The notes under the pieces: generated by a model
The model's database searches: none
Told to the model about the DNA's origin: nothing
Seen by the model: the letters and a program-made list of their open reading frames with translations, nothing else
Shown: positions 1 to 10,800 of the stretch, one piece after another
How the letters are laid out: each line of letters begins with the position of its first letter
Position numbering within the stretch: the first letter of the stretch is position 1
Source: Bacteroidota bacterium
GTDB lineage: Bacteria; Bacteroidota; Bacteroidia; Chitinophagales; BACL12
Direction: 5' to 3'
Assembly (NCBI GenBank): GCA_031372705.1
Contig: JANMLV010000034.1
Location: 16,948-80,947, forward strand
DNA: 64,000 bases
Position numbers and translations under genes: made by a program

Positions 1-177
1 TAGCGCTTGTTCTATGCTTACTACGGCAACATCTTGACCGTTAAATTTAACAAACTTGCCAACTGACCGATCTGAGGCAACCGGAATCAAAGTTGTTATA
101 GGAAAGTTCCGCTCTTCGAGTACGCGGCGCATCGTTTGTCCTACTAAACCGGTAGCGCCAACAACAGCTATAATCAT
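1..177 (-). CDS. asd: aspartate-semialdehyde dehydrogenase, N-terminal fragment (gene continues past left edge)
   Basis: Minus-strand translation from ATG at 177 gives MIIAVVGATGLVGQTMRRVLEERNFPITTLIPVASDRSVGKFVKFNGQDVAVVSIEQAL. It has a GATGxVG Rossmann start and a layout typical of Asd. It is absent from the ORF track because it is truncated. Confidence 0.8.
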   Translation of the reverse strand, partial: MIIAVVGATGLVGQTMRRVLEERNFPITTLIPVASDRSVGKFVKFNGQDVAVVSIEQAL

Positions 178-486
178 AACTAAAAAATATTTTTACAAAG
201 GTAATTGGTAAAAACGACTATAATTTTGAAATGGCCGCTAAAATAGTTTCAAATGACTTGGAGGCAAGAGTCTCCCGAAGTTAATTCTTTGTAAATTTTC
301 CAACCTAAATGTGCGAGCAATTTATACACCAAATTTTACAAAATGTTAAATAATTGACCAATAATCTGCATCGCATCAAGCTTTTTACTAAATGTTATTA
401 ATAGATATTGTTTTCGGTAAGAGTGGCAATAAGCGTAAAGGGATACTTTTTCCCATAAAATCCGTATTTTTCCACCACTTTAAAGC

Positions 487-3087
487 ATGAAGAACATACT
501 TACAATTATTGCAATAATCTTGTGTATTACCGCAAGCTATGGCCAGTTTATAGAAAATTTCGACGACGGTGATTTTGCCGGATGGTCAGGAATGGACACC
601 GACTATGTAGTAAACGCTTCAACACAGCTGCAACTTAATGGTGATTGTGCTATTGGCGGAACCGCATATCTAACCTATCCCGCTGCAACACTTGACGCCG
701 CCACCTGGACTTTTTTTGTTGATTTGGATTTTGATCCGTCAAGCGCCAATCATTCACGTGTATTCTTGCAAAGCAATTCGCCAAATTTGTTGGGCGATGT
801 ATATGGATATTTTGTACGTATTGGTGAAGATGGAACAACAGATAAAGTTGAACTTTGGAGAAGCAATGGCGCAACAGCCAGCATCGTAATTGAAGGTATT
901 TCCGATATGGCCTTATCTCCAACAGTTGGTGTAAAAGTAATAAGAACAGCCGAAGCAGAATGGCAATTATATGTTGACCCTACCGGTGGAACCGATTATG
1001 TTTTAGAAGGAACTAACATTGACGATACTTACAACGGAGGGAATTATTTTGGTTTTTGGTCAAAATATTCTTCAACCCGTTGCGATAAATTTTACTATGA
1101 TAATATCACAATCGACCCTATTTATATTGATAATGCAGCTCCCGAAGTTTTATTGCTTGATATTATATCAACAACTCAAATTGAAATAACATTTAATGAA
1201 ATTGTTGAACAAACTTCGGCAGAAACAGCAAGTAATTATGCTGTTGATGGCGGAATTGGAAATCCAATTGATGCCACTCGCGGGGTAACAGATTTTTCTA
1301 AAGTACTACTTACATTTTTAACAGATTTTTCGGAAGGCGTTACGCTAACACTTTCAATTAATGGTGTTGCCGATTTGGCAGGAAATACCACTGTAGATCT
1401 TAATACAGAATTTTCTATTTATACCACACAACTTTATGATATTGTAATTAATGAAATTTTTGCAGACATAGAACCTCAACTTGCATTACCACTTGGTGAA
1501 TATGTTGAACTGTATAATAATTCACCGGTAGATATTGATTTAACCAATTTTATAATGGCAGATGCCTCTACCGAAAGCGATGGTTTTCCAACCTATGTAT
1601 TACCCGCCGGCGGATATGTTATTTTGGTTGATGATGGTGTTATAGATTTGTTTGCAGCTTATCCAAATGTAATTGGTGTTGCTACATTTCCATCTCTGAA
1701 TAATGATGGCGACGACTTGAAATTAATTAGCCCGGAAGGTAATATAATTCATACTGCATTTTATACTTTAGATTGGTACAACAATGCAGTAAAAGAAGAT
1801 GGCGGCTGGAGCCTTGAAATGATTGACCCCAATAACCCTTGTCAGGAAAGCCAAAACTGGACTGCATCTAACAACACCAATGGTGGAACACCCGGTGTTG
1901 TAAATTCGGTATTCGCATCTAATCCCGATGAAACGCCACCTGCGTTAACTGATGTTTATCCGTTATCAATAGATACCCTTATTGTCTATTTCGATGAAAA
2001 AATTAAATTGGAAAATGTATTAATTACAGATTTTACAATTATATCAAACATAGGTGAAGTTATTACACCAATTACATTATTAATTGATGATTCGAATCCT
2101 TTTATTATTGGTTTGGTTTTGTCAACTTCTCTTACAACCGGTACTATTTATACTTTAACAGTAACCAATATTAGCGATTGCAGCGGTAATGAAATTAATT
2201 TATTTAATTCAGCACAATTTGGTTTACCGGAACCGGCTTTATTAAATGACGTAGTAATAAATGAAATACTTTTTAATGCGGTAACCGATGGATTTGATTT
2301 TGTAGAAATTTACAACAGGTCTGCAAAAATTATTGACTTATCTACTTTGATTATTGCGGAGATGGATTTATTTGATACGTTAAATGTTATTGAGTATGGT
2401 TCAGTTAGCACATCGGGCCGATTATTATTTCCGGGAAATTATTTATGCCTTTCGGCAAATTCATTGCAAGTTAGCGAGCAATATTTTGCAATTGATACAG
2501 GTAATTTTATTGACGTTAATGATATGCCGAGTTTTAACGATAATGAAGGTATTGTTACATTGCTTGACCAAACATTAAATGAAATTGACAGATTGCATTT
2601 TTATGACGATTGGCAATATGCGTTATTGAGCGATGACGATGGTGTTTCATTAGAGCGCGTAAATTTTAATTTTCAAACGCAGGATGAAAACAATTGGAAT
2701 AGCGCTGCCGCGGATGTTCATTTTGGCACTCCGGGTTATCAGAATTCCGTTTTTGGCGCAATATCCAACAACGGCTCAATAGGTTTGGAATACGCAACGT
2801 TTTCACCTGATGGCGATGGATTTAACGATTTACTTGTAGTAACTTATGCAACAGCTTCGGAAGGCTTTACCGGAAGTTTTAAAATATTTAATGCACAAGG
2901 GAAACTTGTTAAACTACTAAGCAATAACACAACCCTTAGTCGCGAAGGTTTTTTAACCTGGGATGGTTTAAATGAGGAAAATGAGCAAATAGCTTCAGGA
3001 ATCTATATTGTTTATGCCGAGCTTTTCGATTTGAATGGCAACGTCAGCAAGTTTAAGATTAAATGCACGCTGGTGAGAAAGCAATAA
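487..3087 (+). CDS. secreted multidomain surface protein: ConA-like N-domain, Ig-like domain, two lamin-tail (LTD) domains, gliding-type (T9SS type B) C-terminal domain
   Basis: Signal peptide MKNILTIIAIILCITASYG. Two LTD-like segments (VINEIFADIEP...YVELYNNSPVDIDLTNF and VVINEILFNAVTDGFDFVEIYNRSAKIIDLSTL). C-terminal FSPDGDGFNDLLVV motif of the CHU_C/gliding C-terminal domain. Confidence 0.7.
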   Translation: MKNILTIIAIILCITASYGQFIENFDDGDFAGWSGMDTDYVVNASTQLQLNGDCAIGGTAYLTYPAATLDAATWTFFVDLDFDPSSANHSRVFLQSNSPNLLGDVYGYFVRIGEDGTTDKVELWRSNGATASIVIEGISDMALSPTVGVKVIRTAEAEWQLYVDPTGGTDYVLEGTNIDDTYNGGNYFGFWSKYSSTRCDKFYYDNITIDPIYIDNAAPEVLLLDIISTTQIEITFNEIVEQTSAETASNYAVDGGIGNPIDATRGVTDFSKVLLTFLTDFSEGVTLTLSINGVADLAGNTTVDLNTEFSIYTTQLYDIVINEIFADIEPQLALPLGEYVELYNNSPVDIDLTNFIMADASTESDGFPTYVLPAGGYVILVDDGVIDLFAAYPNVIGVATFPSLNNDGDDLKLISPEGNIIHTAFYTLDWYNNAVKEDGGWSLEMIDPNNPCQESQNWTASNNTNGGTPGVVNSVFASNPDETPPALTDVYPLSIDTLIVYFDEKIKLENVLITDFTIISNIGEVITPITLLIDDSNPFIIGLVLSTSLTTGTIYTLTVTNISDCSGNEINLFNSAQFGLPEPALLNDVVINEILFNAVTDGFDFVEIYNRSAKIIDLSTLIIAEMDLFDTLNVIEYGSVSTSGRLLFPGNYLCLSANSLQVSEQYFAIDTGNFIDVNDMPSFNDNEGIVTLLDQTLNEIDRLHFYDDWQYALLSDDDGVSLERVNFNFQTQDENNWNSAAADVHFGTPGYQNSVFGAISNNGSIGLEYATFSPDGDGFNDLLVVTYATASEGFTGSFKIFNAQGKLVKLLSNNTTLSREGFLTWDGLNEENEQIASGIYIVYAELFDLNGNVSKFKIKCTLVRKQ

Positions 3088-3120
3088 TGAGCATTACACG
3101 CCTTATATTATGCTCATTTT
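3086..3120 (+). terminator. putative rho-independent terminator
   Basis: Stem AATGAGCAT (3086-3094) pairs with ATGCTCATT (3110-3118), with a 15-nt loop and a short T-run. It overlaps the stop codon of the 866-aa gene. Confidence 0.45.
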
Positions 3121-3365
3121 AAGAGAACTTGGGCAATTCCGGCACCTCTGAGTACATTAATCTGCGCTACCACCGCTAAAAGACATTACGGATTTTCGCA
3201 AAAAAACGAGCGTTTTGTGCGTTTTTGACGCGATTATTGCAAATTTAAGATGTTGCCACGCCCGGTTTACCATTATATACTAATACTTAATGATTCAACT
3301 GGGGTAAAACCGTTTCCTTGAGGTTGACTGTTATTCAATCTTTGCAGCAACAAAAGAAACTAACT

Positions 3366-3974
3366 ATGAGAAATTTAATTTTAGTTGTATTGATTTTCGT
3401 TTTTACCATTGAAGCGAAGTCACAACTAACAACTAACGAGGTAACAGCAGCAAAACCATTTAATCGGTCGTTTGCGATTCAGCCGTTTTCACCTATAACA
3501 GGCTCTTTAAAATTAAACTACAGTCAGGTTGTAGTTAAAAATTTGACATTAGATTTCGGAATAGGTATCGTTGGTCCGAACACGGGGAATGTAAGCACAA
3601 ACAGCAGCGGAATGACAGCGAAATCGGGATTAAAAATGTATTTTTCACCTGATTATTATACCGACGACATGAAAAAGTTTAGCGACTTTCAAGGGGCTTA
3701 CTTTGAACCGGAATTGGCGGTAAGCGTATTCAATTACAACTATCTTTATGAATCTACAAGTAAACAAATCGTTAGTTCCGCTATTTTACTTAATTTTGGA
3801 AAACAACGGGTAGTTGGCAACCGGTTTTTAATTGATACATGGGCTGGTTTTGGTTATTGCTTTGGTGGTAATGAAGATTATGATGAACCGGCTAATAGAT
3901 ATGAATTCGTTGCATTACAAGAGCTTGGATTGGCATTTACTTCAGGCTTTGCCATTGGATTCTTAACTAAATAA
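3366..3974 (+). CDS. hypothetical secreted protein, possibly small outer-membrane beta-barrel
   Basis: ATG at 3366 gives a signal-like MRNLILVVLIFVFTIEAKSQ. Alternating aromatic/Gly-rich beta-strand pattern. The ORF-track start at 3318 is TTG. Confidence 0.4.
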   Translation: MRNLILVVLIFVFTIEAKSQLTTNEVTAAKPFNRSFAIQPFSPITGSLKLNYSQVVVKNLTLDFGIGIVGPNTGNVSTNSSGMTAKSGLKMYFSPDYYTDDMKKFSDFQGAYFEPELAVSVFNYNYLYESTSKQIVSSAILLNFGKQRVVGNRFLIDTWAGFGYCFGGNEDYDEPANRYEFVALQELGLAFTSGFAIGFLTK

Positions 3975-4130
3975 TTAAATTTGTAACTCGTTTTATTATT
4001 CATATAAGTTTAATGTATAAATTTTATGATGGTTAACACACTAAGAATTGCAGAGCAAAATGCCAATTAATAATTGTTAGCAATGTTTACCCATTTGTAA
4101 GAAAATTATTAAACACACAAATTGAAATTG

Positions 4131-5099
4131 ATGAAAGTTTTAGTAACAGGAGCGGACGGTTTGTTGGGTAGTAATTTGGTGCGCAATCTACTATCAAAAG
4201 ATTTTGAAGTGCGCGTTTTAGTTCATCCCTCCTCAAGATCAAAAACACTTAATGGTTTAAATGTAAATAAATTCATAGGAGATATTCTAGAAATAGATTC
4301 TCTGCAACCCGCGTTAAAAAACTGCGACGTTGTTTTTCATGCGGCTGCAAGCACAAGTGTTTGGCCGGCGCGCTCAAAAAAAATCAGAGCAATTAATATT
4401 GAAGGAACGCGCAACATGGTAGACGCTTCAATTGCTAATAATGTTAGCAGATTTATTTATATTGGATCAGCAAGTGCAGTTAGGAATGTAGTAAACTCAG
4501 ACAATTCAGAAAGCTATAATAAATTTGATTTGGATTATATTGATTCTAAGCAAAGGGCAATGGAATTAGTTATGGATGCATCTGCTAAAGGACAATTAAA
4601 TGCAACAACAATTTTACCCACATTTATGATTGGCGCTTATGATTCTCAACCGTCATCAGGCAAATTGATACTTTCGGTTGCAAAAGGCAATCTGAAGTTT
4701 TATAGCAATGGTGGCAAAAACTTTGTTCACGTTAAGGATGTGGCAGAGGCCGCAACAAATGCCATTGAGTTGGGGGAGAACGGAAAATATTATATTGCCG
4801 GCAACGAAAACTTATCTTATCATGATTTTTTTATAAAAGTATCTAAGATTGTAGGAGTTGGTGAGCCTTGGTTTAGTTTGCCGAATTGGGTAGTAAAATC
4901 GGCAGGTGCAATTGGCAGTGTATATGGAAATCTCACCCAAAGACCTCCGGCACTTAGTTACCCAATGGCTTGTATTGGATGTGAGAACCATTATTATAAC
5001 AGCAGCGACGCTGTTACAGAGTTAAAAATGTCGAAAACACCAATAGATGTTGCAATATCCGATTGCTACCAATGGTTCAAGAGCGAGGGGTATTGTTAA
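4131..5099 (+). CDS. NAD-dependent epimerase/dehydratase family protein (dihydroflavonol-reductase-like)
   Basis: N-terminal VLVTGADGLLGSNLVRNLL Rossmann motif. YxxxK-type extended SDR layout (YIDSK). ATG at 4131; the track start at 4122 is TTG. Confidence 0.75.
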   Translation: MKVLVTGADGLLGSNLVRNLLSKDFEVRVLVHPSSRSKTLNGLNVNKFIGDILEIDSLQPALKNCDVVFHAAASTSVWPARSKKIRAINIEGTRNMVDASIANNVSRFIYIGSASAVRNVVNSDNSESYNKFDLDYIDSKQRAMELVMDASAKGQLNATTILPTFMIGAYDSQPSSGKLILSVAKGNLKFYSNGGKNFVHVKDVAEAATNAIELGENGKYYIAGNENLSYHDFFIKVSKIVGVGEPWFSLPNWVVKSAGAIGSVYGNLTQRPPALSYPMACIGCENHYYNSSDAVTELKMSKTPIDVAISDCYQWFKSEGYC

Positions 5100-5119
5100 T
5101 TTGATTAATTTTCGGCGCA

Positions 5120-5917
5120 ATGTGGAAGGATAAAGTTGTAATAATTACCGGCTCAAGTATTGGAATAGGCTTTGAACTGGCCAAAGAAATTGCAAACAAA
5201 GGGGCTATAGTAATTTTAAATAGTAGCAACCCGCAACGATTGGAAAAGGCAAATACTAAGTTATCTGCATTGGGCTTCACAACAACGGCAATTGCTTGCG
5301 ATGTTACCAGTTACGCTTCTTGCTTAAGCCTCGTAGAAAAAACCATTAATTCGTACGGTAAAATTGATGTAGTTATTAATAATGCCGGAATTTCATCAGA
5401 GGGTTCAATCAGTGAATCACATCACGAAGTGTTTAAGCGAGTAATTGACGTAAATCTAATTGGCGCTTTTAATATGACTAAAGCCACATTGCCTTATTTA
5501 AAAAAGCAAGGTGGGAATATTTTATTTATTGGCAGTGTAGCAGGAATTCATGGGCTAGGAAATTATGCAGCATACAGCAGCTCAAAAATGGCACTAACAG
5601 GGCTTGCCGAATCATTAAAGATTGAGTTGCATAATACCAATGTGCATGTTGGAATTGCTTACCTAGGCTTTATTGAAAACAGTAAGGAAAAAACAATATT
5701 GAGTGCAAACAACGAAAGAATACCGCAACCGGAAAGGAAAAATGTAAGCAAGATGTCGCCGGAAAAAATTTCGAAAAAACTCATCCTGATGATTGAAAAA
5801 AATACTTTTAAAAGATTTTTTTCACCAATTGGAAAGGTTGCTTTCGTATTGAACAGAATTGCACCGGGATTGCTTCGCCTTGTCTTAACGAGAATTCATC
5901 AACGCCAAAATTTTTAG
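5120..5917 (+). CDS. short-chain dehydrogenase/reductase (classical SDR)
   Basis: TGSSIGIG cofactor motif, NNAG, and catalytic YAAYSSSK (YxxxK). Confidence 0.85.
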   Translation: MWKDKVVIITGSSIGIGFELAKEIANKGAIVILNSSNPQRLEKANTKLSALGFTTTAIACDVTSYASCLSLVEKTINSYGKIDVVINNAGISSEGSISESHHEVFKRVIDVNLIGAFNMTKATLPYLKKQGGNILFIGSVAGIHGLGNYAAYSSSKMALTGLAESLKIELHNTNVHVGIAYLGFIENSKEKTILSANNERIPQPERKNVSKMSPEKISKKLILMIEKNTFKRFFSPIGKVAFVLNRIAPGLLRLVLTRIHQRQNF

Positions 5918-6274
5918 TCCTTAGGATTATTCAACGCAAAGCGTTCTTGAGTAATGGAAAACGATATTTACTGCCTTAACGGAATATGCTTTTAATTCTG
6001 ATTGCCGGGGATTTAATGAAAGTTTCGTCTTTCGTTAATTAATTCATCTGAAAACGGCTAAAGTCCCGTCAATTTTCTCTAGTGTTTTAATCCTTTTACC
6101 AGTGCTAATTGCGCAAAGATAGCGCCTTGCTGCTCTCTCCGGTTGCCGGGAATTAGTCTTCAACGTATCCGGTTTACAGCATAAAAAAACACTTTATACC
6201 AGTCTAAAGTCAACTTCTTAGGTCGTAGAGAGAAAATATTTCCGAAAATATTTGGTAATCTTCAATAAGAGGAA

Positions 6275-6282
6275 TATATTTG
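6275..6282 (+). promoter_or_regulatory. putative -7 promoter box for marR-like gene
   Basis: TATATTTG matches the Bacteroidota primary-sigma -7 consensus TAnnTTTG. It lies 30 nt upstream of ATG 6312. Confidence 0.45.
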
Positions 6283-6294
6283 CAACATCAATGG

Positions 6295-6306
6295 TTGATA
6301 TATCAA
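6295..6306. promoter_or_regulatory. palindromic operator candidate TTGATATATCAA (copy 1)
   Basis: Perfect 12-bp palindrome between the -7 box and ATG 6312. The same 14-mer TTGATATATCAATT recurs at 6757-6770. Confidence 0.5.
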
Positions 6307-6311
6307 TTAAA

Positions 6312-6740
6312 ATGGATTCTTTATACAACGTCACATTATTCCAAATAGATAAAACCAGCAAGGTTGCCAAGGTGTATTCTCAAAGAGAATTTGATAAGCT
6401 TGGCATAGACATCACAGTTGAACAATGGATTTTGTTAAAAATTATTGATGAGCACGAGGAAATTTCACAACGAGAACTAGCCGACTTGTCCTTGAGAGAT
6501 CCGGCTTCAATCACCAGAACACTGGATTTATTGCAAAAAAAAGGATATATAGAAAGAATTGCAATTGAGGGAAATAGAAGACAATATCATTTAATGCTCA
6601 CAAAGTCTGGTAGTAAATTTGTTGGGAAACTTTTACCGGTAATTGAAGCACTAAGAAAAAGAAGTACGAAAGGATTAACAGATCATGAAGTAGCAACCCT
6701 ACATATACTTTTAAAGAAAGTGCAGAATAACATGGAATAA
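6312..6740 (+). CDS. MarR family transcriptional regulator
   Basis: Winged-helix MarR pattern (ISQRELADLSLRDPASITRTLDLLQKKGYIER...RRQYHLMLTKSG). The track start at 6252 is TTG and would place the promoter box and palindrome inside the CDS, so ATG 6312 (or 6291) is preferred. Confidence 0.85.
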   Translation: MDSLYNVTLFQIDKTSKVAKVYSQREFDKLGIDITVEQWILLKIIDEHEEISQRELADLSLRDPASITRTLDLLQKKGYIERIAIEGNRRQYHLMLTKSGSKFVGKLLPVIEALRKRSTKGLTDHEVATLHILLKKVQNNME

Positions 6741-6754
6741 TTTTTTTAACAATA

Positions 6755-6770
6755 AATTGATATATCAATT
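6755..6770. promoter_or_regulatory. palindromic operator candidate AATTGATATATCAATT (copy 2) plus extra half-site
   Basis: Perfect 16-bp palindrome followed by ATTGATATA (6771-6779), located 17 nt upstream of ATG 6787. Confidence 0.5.
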
Positions 6771-6786
6771 ATTGATATAAACGAAT

Positions 6787-7353
6787 ATGATAACTATATT
6801 TCTAATAATGATTTGGCAGGGATGTTATTTGGTAGGCTTAACAGAACTTCCAATTACGGCGCAAGACATCAAATTAAACAATTCAATTAAATACTTAAGC
6901 GTGACCGAAGATTCAACGTATAAGAAAATTGAAAAAAACAATATGGTAGTGAGTTGGTACTTTACTATAGATAGTTGTTTTTTTGAAATGTCTGCTCCTA
7001 ATACAGGATGGGTAGCAATAGGATTTAATGAGTATGATGATATTACGGGAACTTACCTGGTAATGGGCGCAGTAAACAAAGCCACAACGGTTGTCGTTGA
7101 ATATTTGACCTCCGGTCCGGGAAATTATGCTCCCTTATCCGAACTGGGAATTGCAAATGCAGTTGATAATGTTAGTGGATTAGAAACTTCTTCAAACAGT
7201 ACTATTGCATTTAGTCTGCCAAGGAAACCATACACAAAATATCAAAAAAATATTGAACCCGGAAAAACGTATTACCTCATTATGGCCTACTCGGAGGAAG
7301 ACGATTTTAAACATCATTCAATGATGCGCACCATGCAGAAAATTATTTTATAA
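6787..7353 (+). CDS. DOMON-like (putative heme/ligand-binding beta-sandwich) exported protein
   Basis: Hydrophobic N-terminus. GWVAIGFNE...YLVMG...IAFSLPR...YYLIMAYSEEDDFKHHS pattern resembles DOMON/EBDH-like domains. Confidence 0.5.
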   Translation: MITIFLIMIWQGCYLVGLTELPITAQDIKLNNSIKYLSVTEDSTYKKIEKNNMVVSWYFTIDSCFFEMSAPNTGWVAIGFNEYDDITGTYLVMGAVNKATTVVVEYLTSGPGNYAPLSELGIANAVDNVSGLETSSNSTIAFSLPRKPYTKYQKNIEPGKTYYLIMAYSEEDDFKHHSMMRTMQKIIL

Positions 7354-7370
7354 AACTAAAAACAAACAAA

Positions 7371-7793
7371 ATGAAACAATTAATGACAACAATTTTATTG
7401 ACACTTACCATTGGCACAGCACTGGCACAAAAAAGTGAAGAAGCTAAAATTAAAGAATTGGTAACCACTTTTGTTAAAGCAGGTGACACTTATGATGTGG
7501 TGACATTAGATAGCATATTAGACGACAATTACAGCATTGTTATGAATCGCTTATTTGGGAGCAAAACCGTGTCGGTAATGAACAAGACAGATTACATCGC
7601 GAATATCGCATCAAAAACTTTTGGGGGAGATAAAAGGAGGTTAGAATTTGAAACTATTACAATTAATAACAATACTGCAAGTGTTAAAGTTAAACTGATT
7701 GGCGATAAGGCTAAAGTTGTTTCTATTTTACTACTGGTTCAAAATGAAACCGGTGAATGGTTTTTAGTTGGCGATATACCAACATTTATTTAA
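7371..7793 (+). CDS. NTF2-like / SnoaL-like (putative lumazine-binding type) secreted protein
   Basis: Signal peptide MKQLMTTILLTLTIGTALAQ. About 120-aa cone-like alpha+beta pattern ending in ETGEWFLVGD. Confidence 0.45.
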   Translation: MKQLMTTILLTLTIGTALAQKSEEAKIKELVTTFVKAGDTYDVVTLDSILDDNYSIVMNRLFGSKTVSVMNKTDYIANIASKTFGGDKRRLEFETITINNNTASVKVKLIGDKAKVVSILLLVQNETGEWFLVGDIPTFI

Positions 7794-7861
7794 TTCATAA
7801 TCCACTGCTGCATTAATAAGAAAAGCACATCTATTGATGCGCTTTTCTTATTAACCTAAAT

Positions 7862-10800
7862 TTACTTTACCACTACCCGCACACCTTCGCTATGGCTTGT
7901 AAACTCAGGCGCATACATACATTGAATAGTAGTAATACCATTGCTAAAATTACCACTATGTGAAATGCGTAAAGGATATTCAAACACGTACGTTCCTTTT
8001 CGTAAGTAAGAAATAAAGAAGTTTGTTGCTGCATCACCTGTTGCTTCATAGTATCCTAATCCATCTTGATACTTATATCCACTTAAAACATTTACCGGTT
8101 CAAATCCGGCGGCGCGCATGTCTTTTATATGCACATATTCCATATCGCGGTCAACGCGAATTTCAATGCGCACTTTAACTAAATCGCCAACTTGCAAGGA
8201 TGTGTTTTTATCAATCGGTTTAATTACAGGACCTGTTGCCGTGTTTTGCTGAAGGAATAGCTGTTTATTAATTTGTAAGTTATTATTACTTGCAGTTACT
8301 TTATCAATATCTTCAAAATACTGCCAATACATTGCACCATAACTCAATGAATTAGTGGATGAAGGTTTTACATTTATTTTTCCGAAATCGGGTTGAATAG
8401 CATTGCCCAACCAATTTGTTTTAAAATAACCCGTACCGGCTTCTACACTTTCGGGCTTAACCAATAAATTACCAACTGTAATAGTTGCAATTTCTTTGTT
8501 GCTCAACAAATCGGTTCCGCGAAGCAACAGTGCATAGCATGCTTCTGCAGTTGCTCGTGTTGTTTTCCAATCGGTTGTTTGTTTTTGACGCAATAACCAA
8601 ACTTTTAAATCTTCAACGGCAACTTCATCTTTAGCCACTTCGCCAAATACTTCAATCATTAATGCTTGAGTTTCTATAGGTGCTTGATGCCAATAATATC
8701 CTGCTGTATTCGCTTTCCAATACATGCCCATTTCATCAGAACGCAAGCTAAATTCTTTTAGCGATTTTGTAATTGCAAGGGCTGTTTTACTTTCGTTGTT
8801 GCGTTGCATAATTAATGCAATCATTCCCTTTTCATACAAGCTGTAACTTGTCCAGAATTTTTTAACCTGACCTAAATAATATTTTCTAGCTTCTTCTTGT
8901 GCGCCGCTTAAGCCAACGCGGGTGTTTAAAAAGTAACTCGAAGCATACAAATATTGGATAGTGATATTACCGGGTATATATGTTGCTTTATCAATTTTAT
9001 ATTTCTCCAGGTTTTCATAATCTTCCAACATTCTGTTATTGCAATAAGTAAGCGCTCTATCTAACATCCTGTTTAATTGCGCATCGGTAGCTGCATTAGT
9101 TACGCCAAGTTGTTGTAAATGTGCTAAGCCGGTAACAATATATTGAGTTATATATCGGTCGTCTTCATACCCTTTAAACCAAGGCCATCCCCCATTAGGC
9201 AATTGCATTTTTTCTAATTTATTAAAGGCTGCTTTCAACTCATTGTCCATTCGATTCATATCGAATAGTAATGCAACTCGTTTTTTCCGTTCTGTTTCAT
9301 TTTGTGCTTGCAACACCCATGGTGTTTCCTCTAATAGTAATTGCTTTAATTCTTGATTTTTTTCGAGGTTAGATGTTAATGATGTTGCATTGCTTTTCCA
9401 TGATTCGAAAACGCGTTTAATTTCAGGATCGGAATTCGCAATGTGATAAGCAATACTGTTAGCATAATAACGGCTGAATACTTGTTCTGCACATTCGTAA
9501 GGATATTCCATCATATATGGTAAGGCCTGAACAGCATACCATGCAGGATTACTTGTATATTCTAAAGTAAGGCTTTGATTTCTTATAGATTCAGATCTGC
9601 CGGAGGTTAATAATCGATCGAATGAAAAATCTTTTGATTTATTACCGCGAACCCATAATGGTAAAGCTTCCGTTACTAAAATGCGATTACTTAAAATTGG
9701 CAAAGCATTTTCTTCACCATCAGTAAATGTGCCGGATGCTGCCTTTACTTTATAAATGATAGCATCATAACCTTCCGGGATTTTTATTTTCCAACTAACA
9801 GGAGCACTGCCTTTAGCATTAGCAGTAAAATTGACAGTGGCATTTTTATTTGCAAAAGCCACATCAACAGGCTGCATGGTGAGTGCATCAAATAACTCCA
9901 GTGATGCTTTTCCATTTAGGGTATTTTCTGTGAGATTGCTCACTTTAGCGGTAAATACAATTTCATCTCCCTCGCGCAAAAACCTTGGCGCATTTGGTTG
10001 AATCATTAATTCTTTTTGCGTAATTACCTTGTCAAACAGTTGTGCTGTTTGCATTTCTTTTGTATGCGCATAAGCCATGAAGTTCCAAGTTGTTAATGCT
10101 TCGGGCATAGTAAACGTAAATGCAATTGCGCCGTTCGAATCGGTTTCTAAATGAGGGTAGAAGAAAGCCGTTTCGTTCAAGTTAGTACGAGTTGTTACTT
10201 GTGTTAAACTTGGATTCGGCAGTGCTATATTTAATATTGGTTCAGCGGCAGGAGCGCTGGCTTTCAATTCATTTCCCATGAAACCATTAGATTCTTCCTT
10301 TGATTTTTTATCGAAAAGTGTATCGGACGATTTGTTTGCCGCAATACCTTTCACCATCATAAATTCACTTTGTATCCCGGAGCTGAATTCCCTATTACTA
10401 TCGTATAAATAATATCCTCCCCAATATAAACCAAACCAGTTTAACTCATTATAGGTAAAGCCGGAATAATTTCCATGATACCACCAACTGTTGTCGGTGT
10501 AAATAAAATTATTACCATTTTGAAATGTAGCACCTGTCCAATATTTATAGTTGTAGTAATTAGGCCAATTAATTCCCGGCCAATAGTGACTTTTAAATGC
10601 ATCGAGTGAGGCGTCGTACATGTTTGCCAATAATTCAGCAGCAACCTTTTCACCATTATCTCCTGTGATTTTTATGTTCCATGTTTCAGTTGCTCCGGGT
10701 TGTAATTTATCGCGATGCGTTTCTAATGAAATGTTCAATTGTTTATTATTCCACGGTACATCGATAAAATATTGCTGATTATAAAATCTGCCATCCTTAA

